Shown here: positions 45,411 to 54,423 of the stretch, one piece after another
How positions within the stretch are numbered: the first letter of the stretch is position 1
How the letters are laid out: every line of letters begins with the position of its first letter
DNA from: an uncultured Acidobacterium sp.
GTDB taxonomy: Bacteria > Acidobacteriota > Vicinamibacteria > Vicinamibacterales > UBA2999
Direction: 5' to 3'
DNA length: 64,000 nucleotides
Assembly (NCBI GenBank): GCA_964513235.1
Contig: CAZEMI010000124.1
Coordinates: 1,596-65,595, forward strand
Notes under the pieces: generated by a model
What the model saw: the letters and a program-made list of their open reading frames with translations, nothing else
What the model was told of the DNA's origin: nothing
The model's database searches: none
Position numbers and translations under genes: made by a program

Positions 45411-46418
45411 CTAGTAGGGAACGTCGGTCAGCCGATCGCCGCTGCGCATATCCTCTTCGAGCAACTGCAGCAGCGCCGCGGCCACGGGGCCCGGCTTGCC
45501 GTTGCCGATGGTGTGCGAATCCCACCGCACGATGCCGGCAACTTTCACCGAGCTGCCGATCAGCAGCATCTCATTCGCGGCGAGCGCGGCGTCGAGCGTC
45601 ACGTGCGCGACCGTGACGTCCTTGATCAGCCCCTGTGGGACCAGCTTCGGCGCGAGCTCGATCAGCCGCATCGACGTGCACCCCGACAGGATGTGATCGA
45701 ACTTCGGGTGCACCAGCACGCCGTCCTTGCCGACGAACGCCACGTTCATGTTCGAGCTTTCGCCGACGTGGCCGTCGTGATCGATGAACACCCCGTTGTC
45801 GAACCCGGCCTCCTTCGCTTCCATCTGCATCAGCACGTTGGGCAGGTAGTTCGTGGTCTTGGTGATCGCGTAGAGCGGCGGCTTGATCGGGTAGGTCGTG
45901 GTCATCACCCGCACTCCCTCGGTCTTGAACTTGTCCGGGTAGACGAGGCCCGGGAAGATCATCACGAAGAACCCCGGTTCCGCGCCGGCGGCGGGCATCA
46001 GATCGAGACTGCCCGGACCCGACGACAGCCAATACCGGATCGAGCCGTCGCGGCGTCCGCTCGCCGCGGTGGTCCTGATGATGATGTCGCGCATCTGCTC
46101 GAGCGAACCGGGCAGCGTCAGCTTCGATCGTTGCGCCGAGCGCAGGAAGCGATCGAGGTGCGCTTCGAGGTCGTAGATTTTCCCGTTGACGATGCCGGCG
46201 GTATCGAAGATGCCGTGGCCGCGGTGCACCATGTGATCGTCGAACGGAATCACCATCAAGGCGGGATCGGTGACGATGCCGCCAAGCTGGCTGGAATAGA
46301 ACGCCGTGTATTTCACCGGCTGCTTCGACCGCAGCGCGTGCAGCTGATCGATCACGTCGGTGGCCGAAAGCATGCGGAGACCGGCAGGTGTGACGGGCAT
46401 GGCCGAACAGTCTAGCAT
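45411..46418 (-). CDS. class IV aminotransferase (branched-chain / D-amino-acid aminotransferase family)
   Basis: HRGHGIFDT...LEAHLDRFLRSA, KTTNYLPNVL and NVAFV fit fold-type IV. The start is ambiguous between ATG 46418 and ATG 46400. Confidence 0.8.
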   Translation of the reverse strand: MLDCSAMPVTPAGLRMLSATDVIDQLHALRSKQPVKYTAFYSSQLGGIVTDPALMVIPFDDHMVHRGHGIFDTAGIVNGKIYDLEAHLDRFLRSAQRSKLTLPGSLEQMRDIIIRTTAASGRRDGSIRYWLSSGPGSLDLMPAAGAEPGFFVMIFPGLVYPDKFKTEGVRVMTTTYPIKPPLYAITKTTNYLPNVLMQMEAKEAGFDNGVFIDHDGHVGESSNMNVAFVGKDGVLVHPKFDHILSGCTSMRLIELAPKLVPQGLIKDVTVAHVTLDAALAANEMLLIGSSVKVAGIVRWDSHTIGNGKPGPVAAALLQLLEEDMRSGDRLTDVPY

Positions 46419-46420
46419 CC

Positions 46421-47341
46421 TCAGCGCGCCGCCGACTCCAGGTATCGAATCATCGTGGTCATCGCCAGGTTGACGGGGCAGGGAATCCCGTATTTCTCTC
46501 CCAACGCGCCGACCGCACCGTTCATGTGATCGATCTCGGTCTTGCGCCCCTTCATCAGGTCCTGCCGCATCGAGGCGATGGTGCGGGCGCCGGCGAACAC
46601 GCGATCGATCAGCGCCACGAAATCTTCCGCCTTCGCGCCTTGCGCTTCGGCGGACAGGTCGTCGAACGTGACGCCGTCGGCGCGGGCCACGGCGAGGCAT
46701 TCGTCGATGATTTGCTGCTTGAGCGAATTGAGCCGCGGGTCGACGATGCCGCCGACCTCGCACGCCAGGAGCGAGGTGGTGGGGTTGATGACGCAGTTGA
46801 ACACCGCCTTGCGCCACATTTCCTTCTTGATGTCGGGAATGATGCGGCCGTCGAGCCCGGCCTCGGTGAGCACCGCCGCAATCGCCGGCGATTGCGGATG
46901 ATCTTCGAGCAGCGTGTACCCCGCGACGGTGTTGTCGACGACGCCGGGACGCACCAGGACGCCGCCGACCTGCGTGATGGCCCGCAGCACGAGCGCGCGA
47001 TCTTTCACGAGCGCCTTGACGAGGTCTTCTGAATACAGCCCGTTCTGGACGCACACGATGGTGACGCCGTTCGGCAGCAGCGGGACGATCGGCTCCACCG
47101 CGGCCACGTTGTTGTTGACCTTGGTGGTCAACAGGATCAGCGTGCCGGGCTCGATCGCATCGAGTCGCGTGCGGGCGGGGAGGTGCAGCGTTTCGGAGAG
47201 CAGGCCCTGCAGCTGCAGGCCGTCCCGCTCGATGGCCGCCACGTGCGCGGCGCCGCCGACCAGCGTGACGTCGTGGTGTTTGGACAGTTTCGCGCCGTAG
47301 ACGCTGCCGATGGCGCCGGCGCCGAGGATGATGATGTTCAT
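46421..47341 (-). CDS. panE: 2-dehydropantoate 2-reductase
   Basis: MNIIILGAGAIGSVYGAKL Rossmann N-terminus with an ApbA/PanE-like C-terminal domain (MRQDLMKGRKTEIDHMNG). Confidence 0.85.
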   Translation of the reverse strand: MNIIILGAGAIGSVYGAKLSKHHDVTLVGGAAHVAAIERDGLQLQGLLSETLHLPARTRLDAIEPGTLILLTTKVNNNVAAVEPIVPLLPNGVTIVCVQNGLYSEDLVKALVKDRALVLRAITQVGGVLVRPGVVDNTVAGYTLLEDHPQSPAIAAVLTEAGLDGRIIPDIKKEMWRKAVFNCVINPTTSLLACEVGGIVDPRLNSLKQQIIDECLAVARADGVTFDDLSAEAQGAKAEDFVALIDRVFAGARTIASMRQDLMKGRKTEIDHMNGAVGALGEKYGIPCPVNLAMTTMIRYLESAAR

Positions 47342-47404
47342 GGGAAGTTGGCAGTTGGCCAGTTGACGGTTACCAGTTGAGTTTCAAGTGTAAAATTATA
47401 AGTT

Positions 47405-47434
47405 TTGACTTATATAAGTGTATGTGCATATCAT
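47405..47434 (+). promoter_or_regulatory. sigma-70-like promoter with embedded 12-bp palindrome (candidate ArsR operator)
   Basis: TTGACT (47405-47410), an 18-nt spacer, then TATCAT (47429-47434). The perfect palindrome ACTTATATAAGT lies at 47408-47419. The ATG at 47443 is only 8 nt past the -10 box and has no SD. Confidence 0.45.
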
Positions 47435-47442
47435 TCGCCCCC

Positions 47443-48072
47443 ATGCATATCGACGTCACCCACCACATCGGGAGCAGCACCCGCGACGTGAGCACCCGCG
47501 GCTACGAGGGCAAAGCGGCCCGCGTGGTGTCGGTCTCACGCCACTACAACACCGGCCCGGCCGATCTGTGGGATGCAATCACCAAGGCCGATCGCATCCC
47601 GCGATGGTTCCTGCCAATTACCGGCGACCTGAAGCCCGGCGGCCGCTACCAACTGCAGGCCAACGCCGGCGGGCAGATTCTGATCTGTGAGCCGCCACGC
47701 CACCTCAAGATCACGTGGGAATACGGCGGCGAGATGAGCTGGGTGGAGGTGCGGCTCGCAAGCGACGGAGCCGGATCGAGACTGACCCTCGAGCACTTCA
47801 GCCACGGCGGCGATGAACACTGGAATCAGTTTGGTCCTGGCGCGACGGGTGTGGGCTGGGATCTGGCGTTGCTGGGGTTGTCAGAGCACACGGCCACCGG
47901 TTCCGCCAAGACCGTCGAGGAGGGCATGGCCTGGATGATGTCGGAGAACGGCAAGGACTTGACGCGCGCCAGCAGCGAGGCGTGGGGTCGCGCGCACGTC
48001 GCCGCCGGCACCGACCAGGCGACGGCCGCCGCCGCCGTGGCGCGAACCACCGCCGCCTATACGGGCGCCTGA
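47443..48072 (+). CDS. SRPBCC (AHSA1/START-like) domain protein
   Basis: Start set at ATG 47443. ADLWDAITKADRIPRWF...GGRYQLQ...LKITWEYGGE..SWVEVRL is typical of Aha1-like SRPBCC proteins that pair with ArsR regulators. Confidence 0.8.
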   Translation: MHIDVTHHIGSSTRDVSTRGYEGKAARVVSVSRHYNTGPADLWDAITKADRIPRWFLPITGDLKPGGRYQLQANAGGQILICEPPRHLKITWEYGGEMSWVEVRLASDGAGSRLTLEHFSHGGDEHWNQFGPGATGVGWDLALLGLSEHTATGSAKTVEEGMAWMMSENGKDLTRASSEAWGRAHVAAGTDQATAAAAVARTTAAYTGA

Positions 48073-48410
48073 TGCACGCCTTCGACGTGCTCGGCGATCC
48101 GGTCCGCCGCCGCATTCTCGAGTTGCTGGCGTCGGGCGAGCACTCGTCGGGCGAGATCGTCGCCATTGCCCAGCGGGAATTCGGGATTTCGCAGCCGGCC
48201 GTCTCGCAGCACTTGCGCGTGCTGCGAGACAGCGGCTTCGCCAGCGTCCGGATCGACGGGGCGCGGCGTTTGTACACCGTGGACGCAGGGCCGATGAAAG
48301 AAGTGGATGCGTGGATCGATCAGTTCCGCAGGTTCTGGGAGCGTCGTCTCGACGCGCTCGCCACCGAGGTGGCGCGGGGCAAGCGGAGAAAGTTAAAAGT
48401 TAAAAATTAA
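48072..48410 (+). CDS. ArsR/SmtB-family transcriptional regulator
   Basis: FDVLGDPVRRRILELLASGEHSSGEIVAI...ISQPAVSQHLRVLRDSGF is a winged HTH. The start overlaps the upstream stop (TGATG). Confidence 0.9.
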   Translation: MHAFDVLGDPVRRRILELLASGEHSSGEIVAIAQREFGISQPAVSQHLRVLRDSGFASVRIDGARRLYTVDAGPMKEVDAWIDQFRRFWERRLDALATEVARGKRRKLKVKN

Positions 48411-48426
48411 AAGTTAAAAATTAAAA
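48392..48426. repeat. (R)TTAAAA heptamer x5, AT-rich microsatellite spanning both convergent stop codons
   Basis: GTTAAAA GTTAAAA ATTAAAA GTTAAAA ATTAAAA. It contains the ArsR stop (48408-48410) and the receptor stop (48414-48416). Confidence 0.9.
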
Positions 48427-51050
48427 CGCAGGGAGACGTCGACCTGGCGCGGGTTCGACACGCTGGTCGCCTGCCGGAAGTAGGTCGACGTCATCACGCC
48501 GCTGAAGCCCGAATAGTTGGCGCGGTTGGTCAGGTTGTTGACCGACACGTTGAAGGTCACGCCTCGTTGACGGCCGCCGCGGCCGCGCGGCCCGCCGCGG
48601 CCCCCGCTGCCTTCGCCGCCCGCCGGCGCGCCAATCGGAATCGTGTACGACACATTCGCGGAGAACGTCGACCGCCACGGGAGCCGGGCGCTATTGCGCG
48701 GCGTCAGCAGCGGGCGATCGTTGAAGATCGAATCGCCGTTGTCGTCGGTGCCGGTGGTAATGGTGTACGGCGCGCCGCTGTTGGCGTTCCAGCTGACCTG
48801 CGCGTTGAGGTTGCGGAGCGCCTGCGTCGACACCGACCCGCGCATGCGATGCCGCGTGTCGCCCGAGGCGTACGACCATTGATCGTCGAGCGACCCGGTC
48901 GGCGCGACGCTGAACGCGCCGTCGGTATTGTTCTCGGCGCGGCGGTAGCGATAGTTGAATCGAATCACCGTCCGCCGCGGATTCCACTTCGCGGCGCCGG
49001 CATGACGGACCCCGCCGGCGAAATTGACGCTGAACTCCGGCACGAGATCGATCGTGTGCATCGAGGCGTCGGAGACCACCGCAATGATGTTCGCAAACGA
49101 CGGATCCGGACGGACGCCGTTGACCGGCGCATTCAGGTTCACCCCGCGCAGCTGGTTCCCATAGCGCGCGATCGAGAAGGTCATGCTGGTGCGCATCTTC
49201 GGCGACAGCGTCCGATCGACCGCGGCGCTATAGCGATAGATGCGTTCCATCTTCACATCGCCAAGCACGTACTTGTTGCCGACGCTGGCGGGCACCGCCA
49301 TGCCGGGCTCAAACACCACCGGATCGGGATACGGCGGATTGACGATGTTGATTTCCTGCTGGCGAAGGCCATTGACGCGGAGCGTCTGCTCGTAGATGTT
49401 GCCGCCGAGCCAGTTGTAGAACACGCCCCAGCTGGTGCGAATCGTGGTCCGGCCGTTGCTGCCCGGCGCCCAGGTCAGGCCCAGGCGCGGCGCGAAACCC
49501 AGCAGATCGTGCACGTGCGTCTGCGCCTCGTAGCGCAGCCCCGGGCTGAACGTCAGGTTCTGGCGCAGCCGGAGATCGTCCTGGACGTAGACCGCCGCTT
49601 CGAGGTGTGAATAGGTGATCAGCGGATCGCCGATGCGGCGTGTGTAGTTGCGCGGCCGGCCCAGGTCGAAGTCCTCGCGGCTCGAGAAGATATACGTCCC
49701 CAGGTAATTGCTCGCATCGTCCGATCGATAGTGGCGGCCTTCGAGCGCGATGCCGGTGCGCACCGTGTGGATGCCGCGCAGGTAATTCAGATCCGAGGTC
49801 AGCTCGATGTCCTTCTGCGTGCGGCCGCCCCTGACCTGCGCGCCACCGCTCGTGAAGCCGTCGAGCACGCGAACACTCGGCGCTTCGAGCTGAGACCGGG
49901 ATGAGGACTGGTTGAGGCGCACCTGCATGCGGGTGTTGAGATACGCGTTGGCGCCGACCGGGCCCGCCTCCTGCATGCGCAACTGATTGCGCCGCGATTC
50001 GCTCGCATAGGCGCGCTCCGCGAGGTCGAACCCGCCGATGCCCAGGTTGCTGCGCGACGACTGGTTCCGCGAGTAGCCGACGCGCAGCATGTGCTGCGTG
50101 GTCAGCGCGTAATCAAGCATGCCGTTGATGTTCCAGCCGTCGTTCGGCCGCCGGCCGAGCAGCGCCGACTGCTTGCTGCCGGTCTCGGTGATGTAGGTGG
50201 CCACCGGCGTATCGAACTGCTTGCGGCCGCCCATGAACAGCGAGAACGAGCTCTTGTTCGGCCTGATCGTGCCGCCCAGGTTGGCGTCGAAGTTCTGCGT
50301 GCGCTCCGGCGCTTTCACATCGACGAACGGATTGTTGCCGCTGAAGACGCTGTCGCGGACGCGCGTCGAGAAGCCGCCGCGAATGGGACCCACGCCCGCC
50401 TGCGTGACGATGTCGATGCCGTCGCGGTCGGCGGAATGATTCTCGGCGGGGAACGTGTCGCGGACGATGCGGATGGAACGGATCACGTCGCGCGAGGGCA
50501 GGTTGCCGTCATTGAAGCCGTCGATGCGCACCAACGCGTTGCCGCCGGCCATCTCGACCAGCTGGCGGATCAATTCGTCCGGATCGTCGGGCAGGGCTTC
50601 GATCTCTTCGGCGGTGAGCTGCGTGGCGAGCGACCCGCCGTTGGGATCCGCGGCGGCCGACTGCGCGTCGCGGCCGACTTCGACGGTGTCTTCGAATCCG
50701 GTGAGCGCGAGCTCGATTTGCTGCTTGTTGTCGCCGGCGCGCAAGCGGACGTTGGTGAGTTCACCCGCGTCGAAGCCGCTGAACTCCGCTTTGATGGCGT
50801 AACGCCCCGGCTTGAGTGCGGTCAGCGTGGCGACGCCCGAGTCGTTGGTGGACGAGGTGGCCGGTGCGGTCGCGCCGGCTTCTTCCGGAACCACGGTGAC
50901 CGTGGCGCCTGGCAGAATCGCCCCGGTCACATCGACGACGGTGACGACCAGGCGCGCATCGCGGGTGGTTTGCGCGGCCGCGTCGGGCGCCCAAGCGACG
51001 GTACAGAGGAAAACGAGGCCAGCCAGCGCGGCGCCGGTCACGGACGGCAT
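48414..51050 (-). CDS. TonB-dependent outer-membrane receptor with N-terminal CarboxypepD_reg domain
   Basis: Start moved to ATG 51048-51050 (signal peptide ...VAWAPDAAAQ). It has a CarboxypepD_reg segment (VVTVVDVTGAILPGATVTVV...DSGVATL..LKPGRY), a plug, a long beta-barrel and a C-terminal ...VSLRFNF. Confidence 0.85.
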   Translation of the reverse strand: MPSVTGAALAGLVFLCTVAWAPDAAAQTTRDARLVVTVVDVTGAILPGATVTVVPEEAGATAPATSSTNDSGVATLTALKPGRYAIKAEFSGFDAGELTNVRLRAGDNKQQIELALTGFEDTVEVGRDAQSAAADPNGGSLATQLTAEEIEALPDDPDELIRQLVEMAGGNALVRIDGFNDGNLPSRDVIRSIRIVRDTFPAENHSADRDGIDIVTQAGVGPIRGGFSTRVRDSVFSGNNPFVDVKAPERTQNFDANLGGTIRPNKSSFSLFMGGRKQFDTPVATYITETGSKQSALLGRRPNDGWNINGMLDYALTTQHMLRVGYSRNQSSRSNLGIGGFDLAERAYASESRRNQLRMQEAGPVGANAYLNTRMQVRLNQSSSRSQLEAPSVRVLDGFTSGGAQVRGGRTQKDIELTSDLNYLRGIHTVRTGIALEGRHYRSDDASNYLGTYIFSSREDFDLGRPRNYTRRIGDPLITYSHLEAAVYVQDDLRLRQNLTFSPGLRYEAQTHVHDLLGFAPRLGLTWAPGSNGRTTIRTSWGVFYNWLGGNIYEQTLRVNGLRQQEINIVNPPYPDPVVFEPGMAVPASVGNKYVLGDVKMERIYRYSAAVDRTLSPKMRTSMTFSIARYGNQLRGVNLNAPVNGVRPDPSFANIIAVVSDASMHTIDLVPEFSVNFAGGVRHAGAAKWNPRRTVIRFNYRYRRAENNTDGAFSVAPTGSLDDQWSYASGDTRHRMRGSVSTQALRNLNAQVSWNANSGAPYTITTGTDDNGDSIFNDRPLLTPRNSARLPWRSTFSANVSYTIPIGAPAGGEGSGGRGGPRGRGGRQRGVTFNVSVNNLTNRANYSGFSGVMTSTYFRQATSVSNPRQVDVSLRFNF

Positions 51051-51212
51051 TCGAGGAGAGTTACTCACGGAGATCGGTTGTGTGTTTACCCGCCTTCGCC
51101 CGCAAGCGGGCTTCGGCGAGGCAGGCTCCTCATTCCCCCACTCTGACGTATCCACCACCGGATTGGTTGAAATTCCGGCCAAAAACTACGCCGTCCGCCT
51201 TCTTCTGTGTCT

Positions 51213-51331
51213 AATCGGTGTGAATCGCTGGCCGGTGTGAATCGGTGGCCAATCGGTGTGAATCGGTGGCCGGTGTGAATCGGTGGCCAATCGGTGTGAA
51301 TCGGTGGCCAATCGGTGGTGAATCGGTGGCC
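51213..51331. repeat. array of ten AATCGGTG cores (17/21-bp composite units) with 10-11 bp phasing
   Basis: Cores start at 51213, 51223 (AATCGCTG), 51240, 51251, 51261, 51278, 51289, 51299, 51310 and 51321. The array lies in the divergent gap between the receptor gene and the 51410 gene. Confidence 0.9.
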
Positions 51332-51409
51332 ACGGGCAGGTTCCTTGCAACTGGATCGCCGGTCGCTGCAATCGAGTGGCGGCCAAACACAGGAGCAGGA
51401 GCAACGACA

Positions 51410-51892
51410 ATGCGAACACGTTTGATGACGATTGCCGCGCTGGTCAGCGCGAGTGCGTTGACTATCAGCGCCCAGACTCCCCAATCTCCCCGGCCTCAAC
51501 AGCCGCCGGCGCCAGGCACGGCTGACACGACGCAGCGCACGGCCGTGGCCCCCGATCAAGATCAACAAGTGATCACGGTCAGGGGTTGCTTAAGAGAGGA
51601 AAAGGACGTGCCCGGCCTTAAGCCGAATCCGCTCGAGCGCGTCGGCATCACCGAAGACTATGTGCTGATGATGGTGAAGATGGCGCCGAACAGCCAGGTG
51701 TCGGGCATCGGCCTCGCGAGCAAGTACGAAGTGGAAGGCATTGCGGAAGCCGAGCTGAGGAAGCACGTGGGTCACGAGGTCGAGCTGACCGGCCGCATTA
51801 CGCAGCCGGGCACCACCGACACCGACCCAACGCCGGATTTCCACGCCACCGCCCTGAAGATGGTCACGGCCACGTGTCCAGCGGCCCAGTAA
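51410..51892 (+). CDS. secreted hypothetical protein (160 aa)
   Basis: Start moved to ATG 51410 with GGAG upstream. The signal peptide is MRTRLMTIAALVSASALTISAQ. The longer ORF would merely translate the tandem array. Confidence 0.6.
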   Translation: MRTRLMTIAALVSASALTISAQTPQSPRPQQPPAPGTADTTQRTAVAPDQDQQVITVRGCLREEKDVPGLKPNPLERVGITEDYVLMMVKMAPNSQVSGIGLASKYEVEGIAEAELRKHVGHEVELTGRITQPGTTDTDPTPDFHATALKMVTATCPAAQ

Positions 51893-51901
51893 CCGGACGG
51901 C

Positions 51902-54380
51902 TTATTTTCTGACGAGCCGGACGCCGAATACCGGTGTGACTTCGAGGCCGTTGGTGGCCTCGAAGCGCACCGTCACCGTTCGGGCATCGCGAATCAGCGC
52001 CGCGGGGATCGCGTATTCCTTGTCGTAGAAACGCGAGCGGCTGCTTTGCGGCTGCGTCTCCGATCCCACGCGCGTGCCGTTGACCAGCACATCAAAACTT
52101 CGCGGCTGGCGCTGATCGCCGTTATAGGTAGCGACGAGCGCAAACAAGCCATCACCGCTGAGCGGCAGATCGTAGGAGAACCATTGGATTGCGCGTCGGC
52201 CTGAGCGGCCATCGGTACGGATGACTGAAGTTTCTACACCCTGCTGTCCGAATTCTTTCTCACTCGCTCGATCGCCAGGGTCGGCATGGGCAATGGTGGC
52301 GGCCTCGAGGGCGCGCATCCGCTCGCGCCCGGCGGCAAGCTCGGCCGCCCGCGCCGTCATCTCGCCGGCGCTCAACAGATCCCAATACGCCGCGTAGGTG
52401 CGACGGTGCATCGAGTAGAACGGCGAGAACTCGACGTCGATCGGGGTTTGCGCGGAGATGGTCCGCACCACGCCCGTAGCGCGGGAGGTGCCTGGCGTAC
52501 CAGCGATCGGCGTCAGCCATTCGTTTACCGGCCGGGCCGTCACCAGCGCCACCGCTTCCGGCGTCGCTGCCCGCACTCCATCACCATCGCCATCGTCGCG
52601 GCGGCGTGGCGCCGCGCCGAGGTCGCCGGCCAGCACCAGCGGGCCCCACAGGACGATGGCTTTCGTCGGACCCGCCTCCGCTCGCGAAGCGAGCTCCGGC
52701 GAGGTCGCGCCGGAGCGGCCTTCCGGCCGCGTAGGCGGATCGCTCAAACGCTCGAGCCGAACCGTTTTCGGCAGCGTCAGCGCGATGCGATCGCCAGACG
52801 TCCAGCGCCGCGTGATCTCGACGTATGTGCCCGGTGCCGGCACGCTGGTCACGGCCTGTCCGTTGACGCGAACGCTGAACCCGTTGCCGGCCCACGAGGG
52901 CCGCCTGAGCGCCAGCGTGAACTCTCTCGGCGCACGCAGATCGAACGTCAGCGTCGCCGCCTCCCCTTCGGGGAACGTGGTCTGCATCGCCAGCTTCACG
53001 CCCGCGGATTCCCACTGTGCGGTCGACGGGGCATAGAGGTTCACCCACAACCGCCGGCCGTCCTCGTAATACAACCCGAGCCCGTGGAGCGCATGGCTCT
53101 CCATGCCGGTGCCGACGCAGCACGTGAAGCTGCGCTGCATGTCCGCGTATTCGCGGCGCACGCCGGAGCCGACCGGCACCATGTAACAGGTGGCGCCGTC
53201 CTGCGCGTCGATCGATCCGAGGATGTGATTGAACAGGGCGCGTTCGTGGAACTCGGCGTAGCGGATGTCGGGCTGCAGCGCGAACAACTGTCGAGTCAGC
53301 TTGAGCATGTTGTAGACGTTGCACGTCTCCGCGGTGCGGCCTTCGGTAATGTTGCCAAGCTTGTCGGGCTCGCGGAAGTATTCGTCCTTGCCGTGACCGC
53401 CGGTGGCAAACGTGTGGTGATTGACGACGCGATCCCAGAACACGGTGGCGGCGGCCAGGTCGGCCTTGTCGCCGGCGTAGGCATAGCGAGCCGCCGCGCC
53501 CACGAGCTTCGGCACTTGCGTGTTGCCGTGCAGGCTGCTGAGCGGATCGTCACCACGCTTCAACGGATCGATCACCGCCTTGTGCTCGAACTTGTACGAG
53601 AGATCGAGCCAGCGCTTGTCGCCGGTGTCGGCGTAGAGATCCGCCATCATCTCGTTCATGCCGCCGAACTCGGTGGCCAGCATGCGCTGCACCGTCGCAT
53701 CGTCCATGGGATCGAGGCAGGTGGCCGCCCACTGCGCGAACTTGACCTCGATGTCGAGCGCGGTCTGGTTGCCGGTATGCCGATAGGCGTCACGCAATCC
53801 GGCAAACGTCTTGTGCAGCGTGTACCACGGCGACCACAAGCCGTTCAGGTCGAAGTTGGCCGCGCGAATCTTGCCTTTCGACACGTCCGCGAACGCGTCC
53901 TTTACTCCCGGCAGCGCGCCGGCAAAGCCGTCACGGTTCGCGTCCTGCACGATCTTCAATTCCGAGACGATGTACTCGGCGCGCTGCTTGAAGCGCACAT
54001 CGCCGGTGGCCGCCCACATCAGGCTGATGGCCGAGACGTGATGGCCGCCAATGTGTCCGGTCAGCTGCCGGCCGTCCGCGTCCCAACCGGTGTAAGCCGT
54101 CGGCTTTCTGCGGCAGGTTCGCGCGCTTGCGATAGAACGCGAGCATGCGATCGGGATCGAGCGACAGGAGATACGCGGCGTCGAGATCCTGCGCGTGCTT
54201 GAGCGGGCCTCCGGTGAGCCGCACCGCTGTGAGCGGCAGCGGCCGCGCCCGGTCCGGCACCGCGCCGCCTTCGCCAAGGCTTCGGCGCCCAAGGACTTTG
54301 TCCTGGGCGAAGCCAGACGAGACGAGCCACGCCGAGCCGCCGGCGATGAGTTCAAGGAATTGAGCTCTAGTGATTTTCAT
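51902..54380 (-). pseudogene. GH127-type (DUF1680, beta-L-arabinofuranosidase-like) glycoside hydrolase interrupted by an apparent 1-nt frameshift
   Basis: The N-terminal 95 aa or so (Tat-like MKITRAQFLELIAGG..., LTAVRLTGGPLKHAQD, DPDRMLAFYRKRANLPQKA) are in the frame of ORF 53931..54380. The rest (AYTGWDADGRQLTGHIGGHHVSA...ETCNVYNMLKL...CCVGTGMESH) is in the frame of ORF 51902..54355. The frames switch near 54092-54101. Confidence 0.7.
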
Positions 54381-54388
54381 TTTTCGTC

Positions 54389-54423
54389 AAGCCCCAAGCC
54401 CCAAGCCCCAAGCCCCAAGCCCC
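54389..54423 (-). repeat. GGGGCTT heptamer x5 (G-quadruplex-capable) filling the intergenic gap
   Basis: The plus strand reads AAGCCCC x5. On the coding (minus) strand there are five G4 tracts with 3-nt loops. They begin at the upstream gene's stop codon and end 8 nt before the GH127 ATG. Confidence 0.9.

Noticed and set aside
51213-51331. Possible CRISPR array.
   Set aside because: The units are directly abutting 17/21-bp repeats with no unique spacers, and no cas genes are present in the window.
51245-51409. N-terminal extension of ORF 51245..51892 (translation VNRWPIGVNRWPIG...).
   Set aside because: This is only the tandem DNA array read through. A signal-peptide-bearing start with a GGAG RBS exists at 51410.
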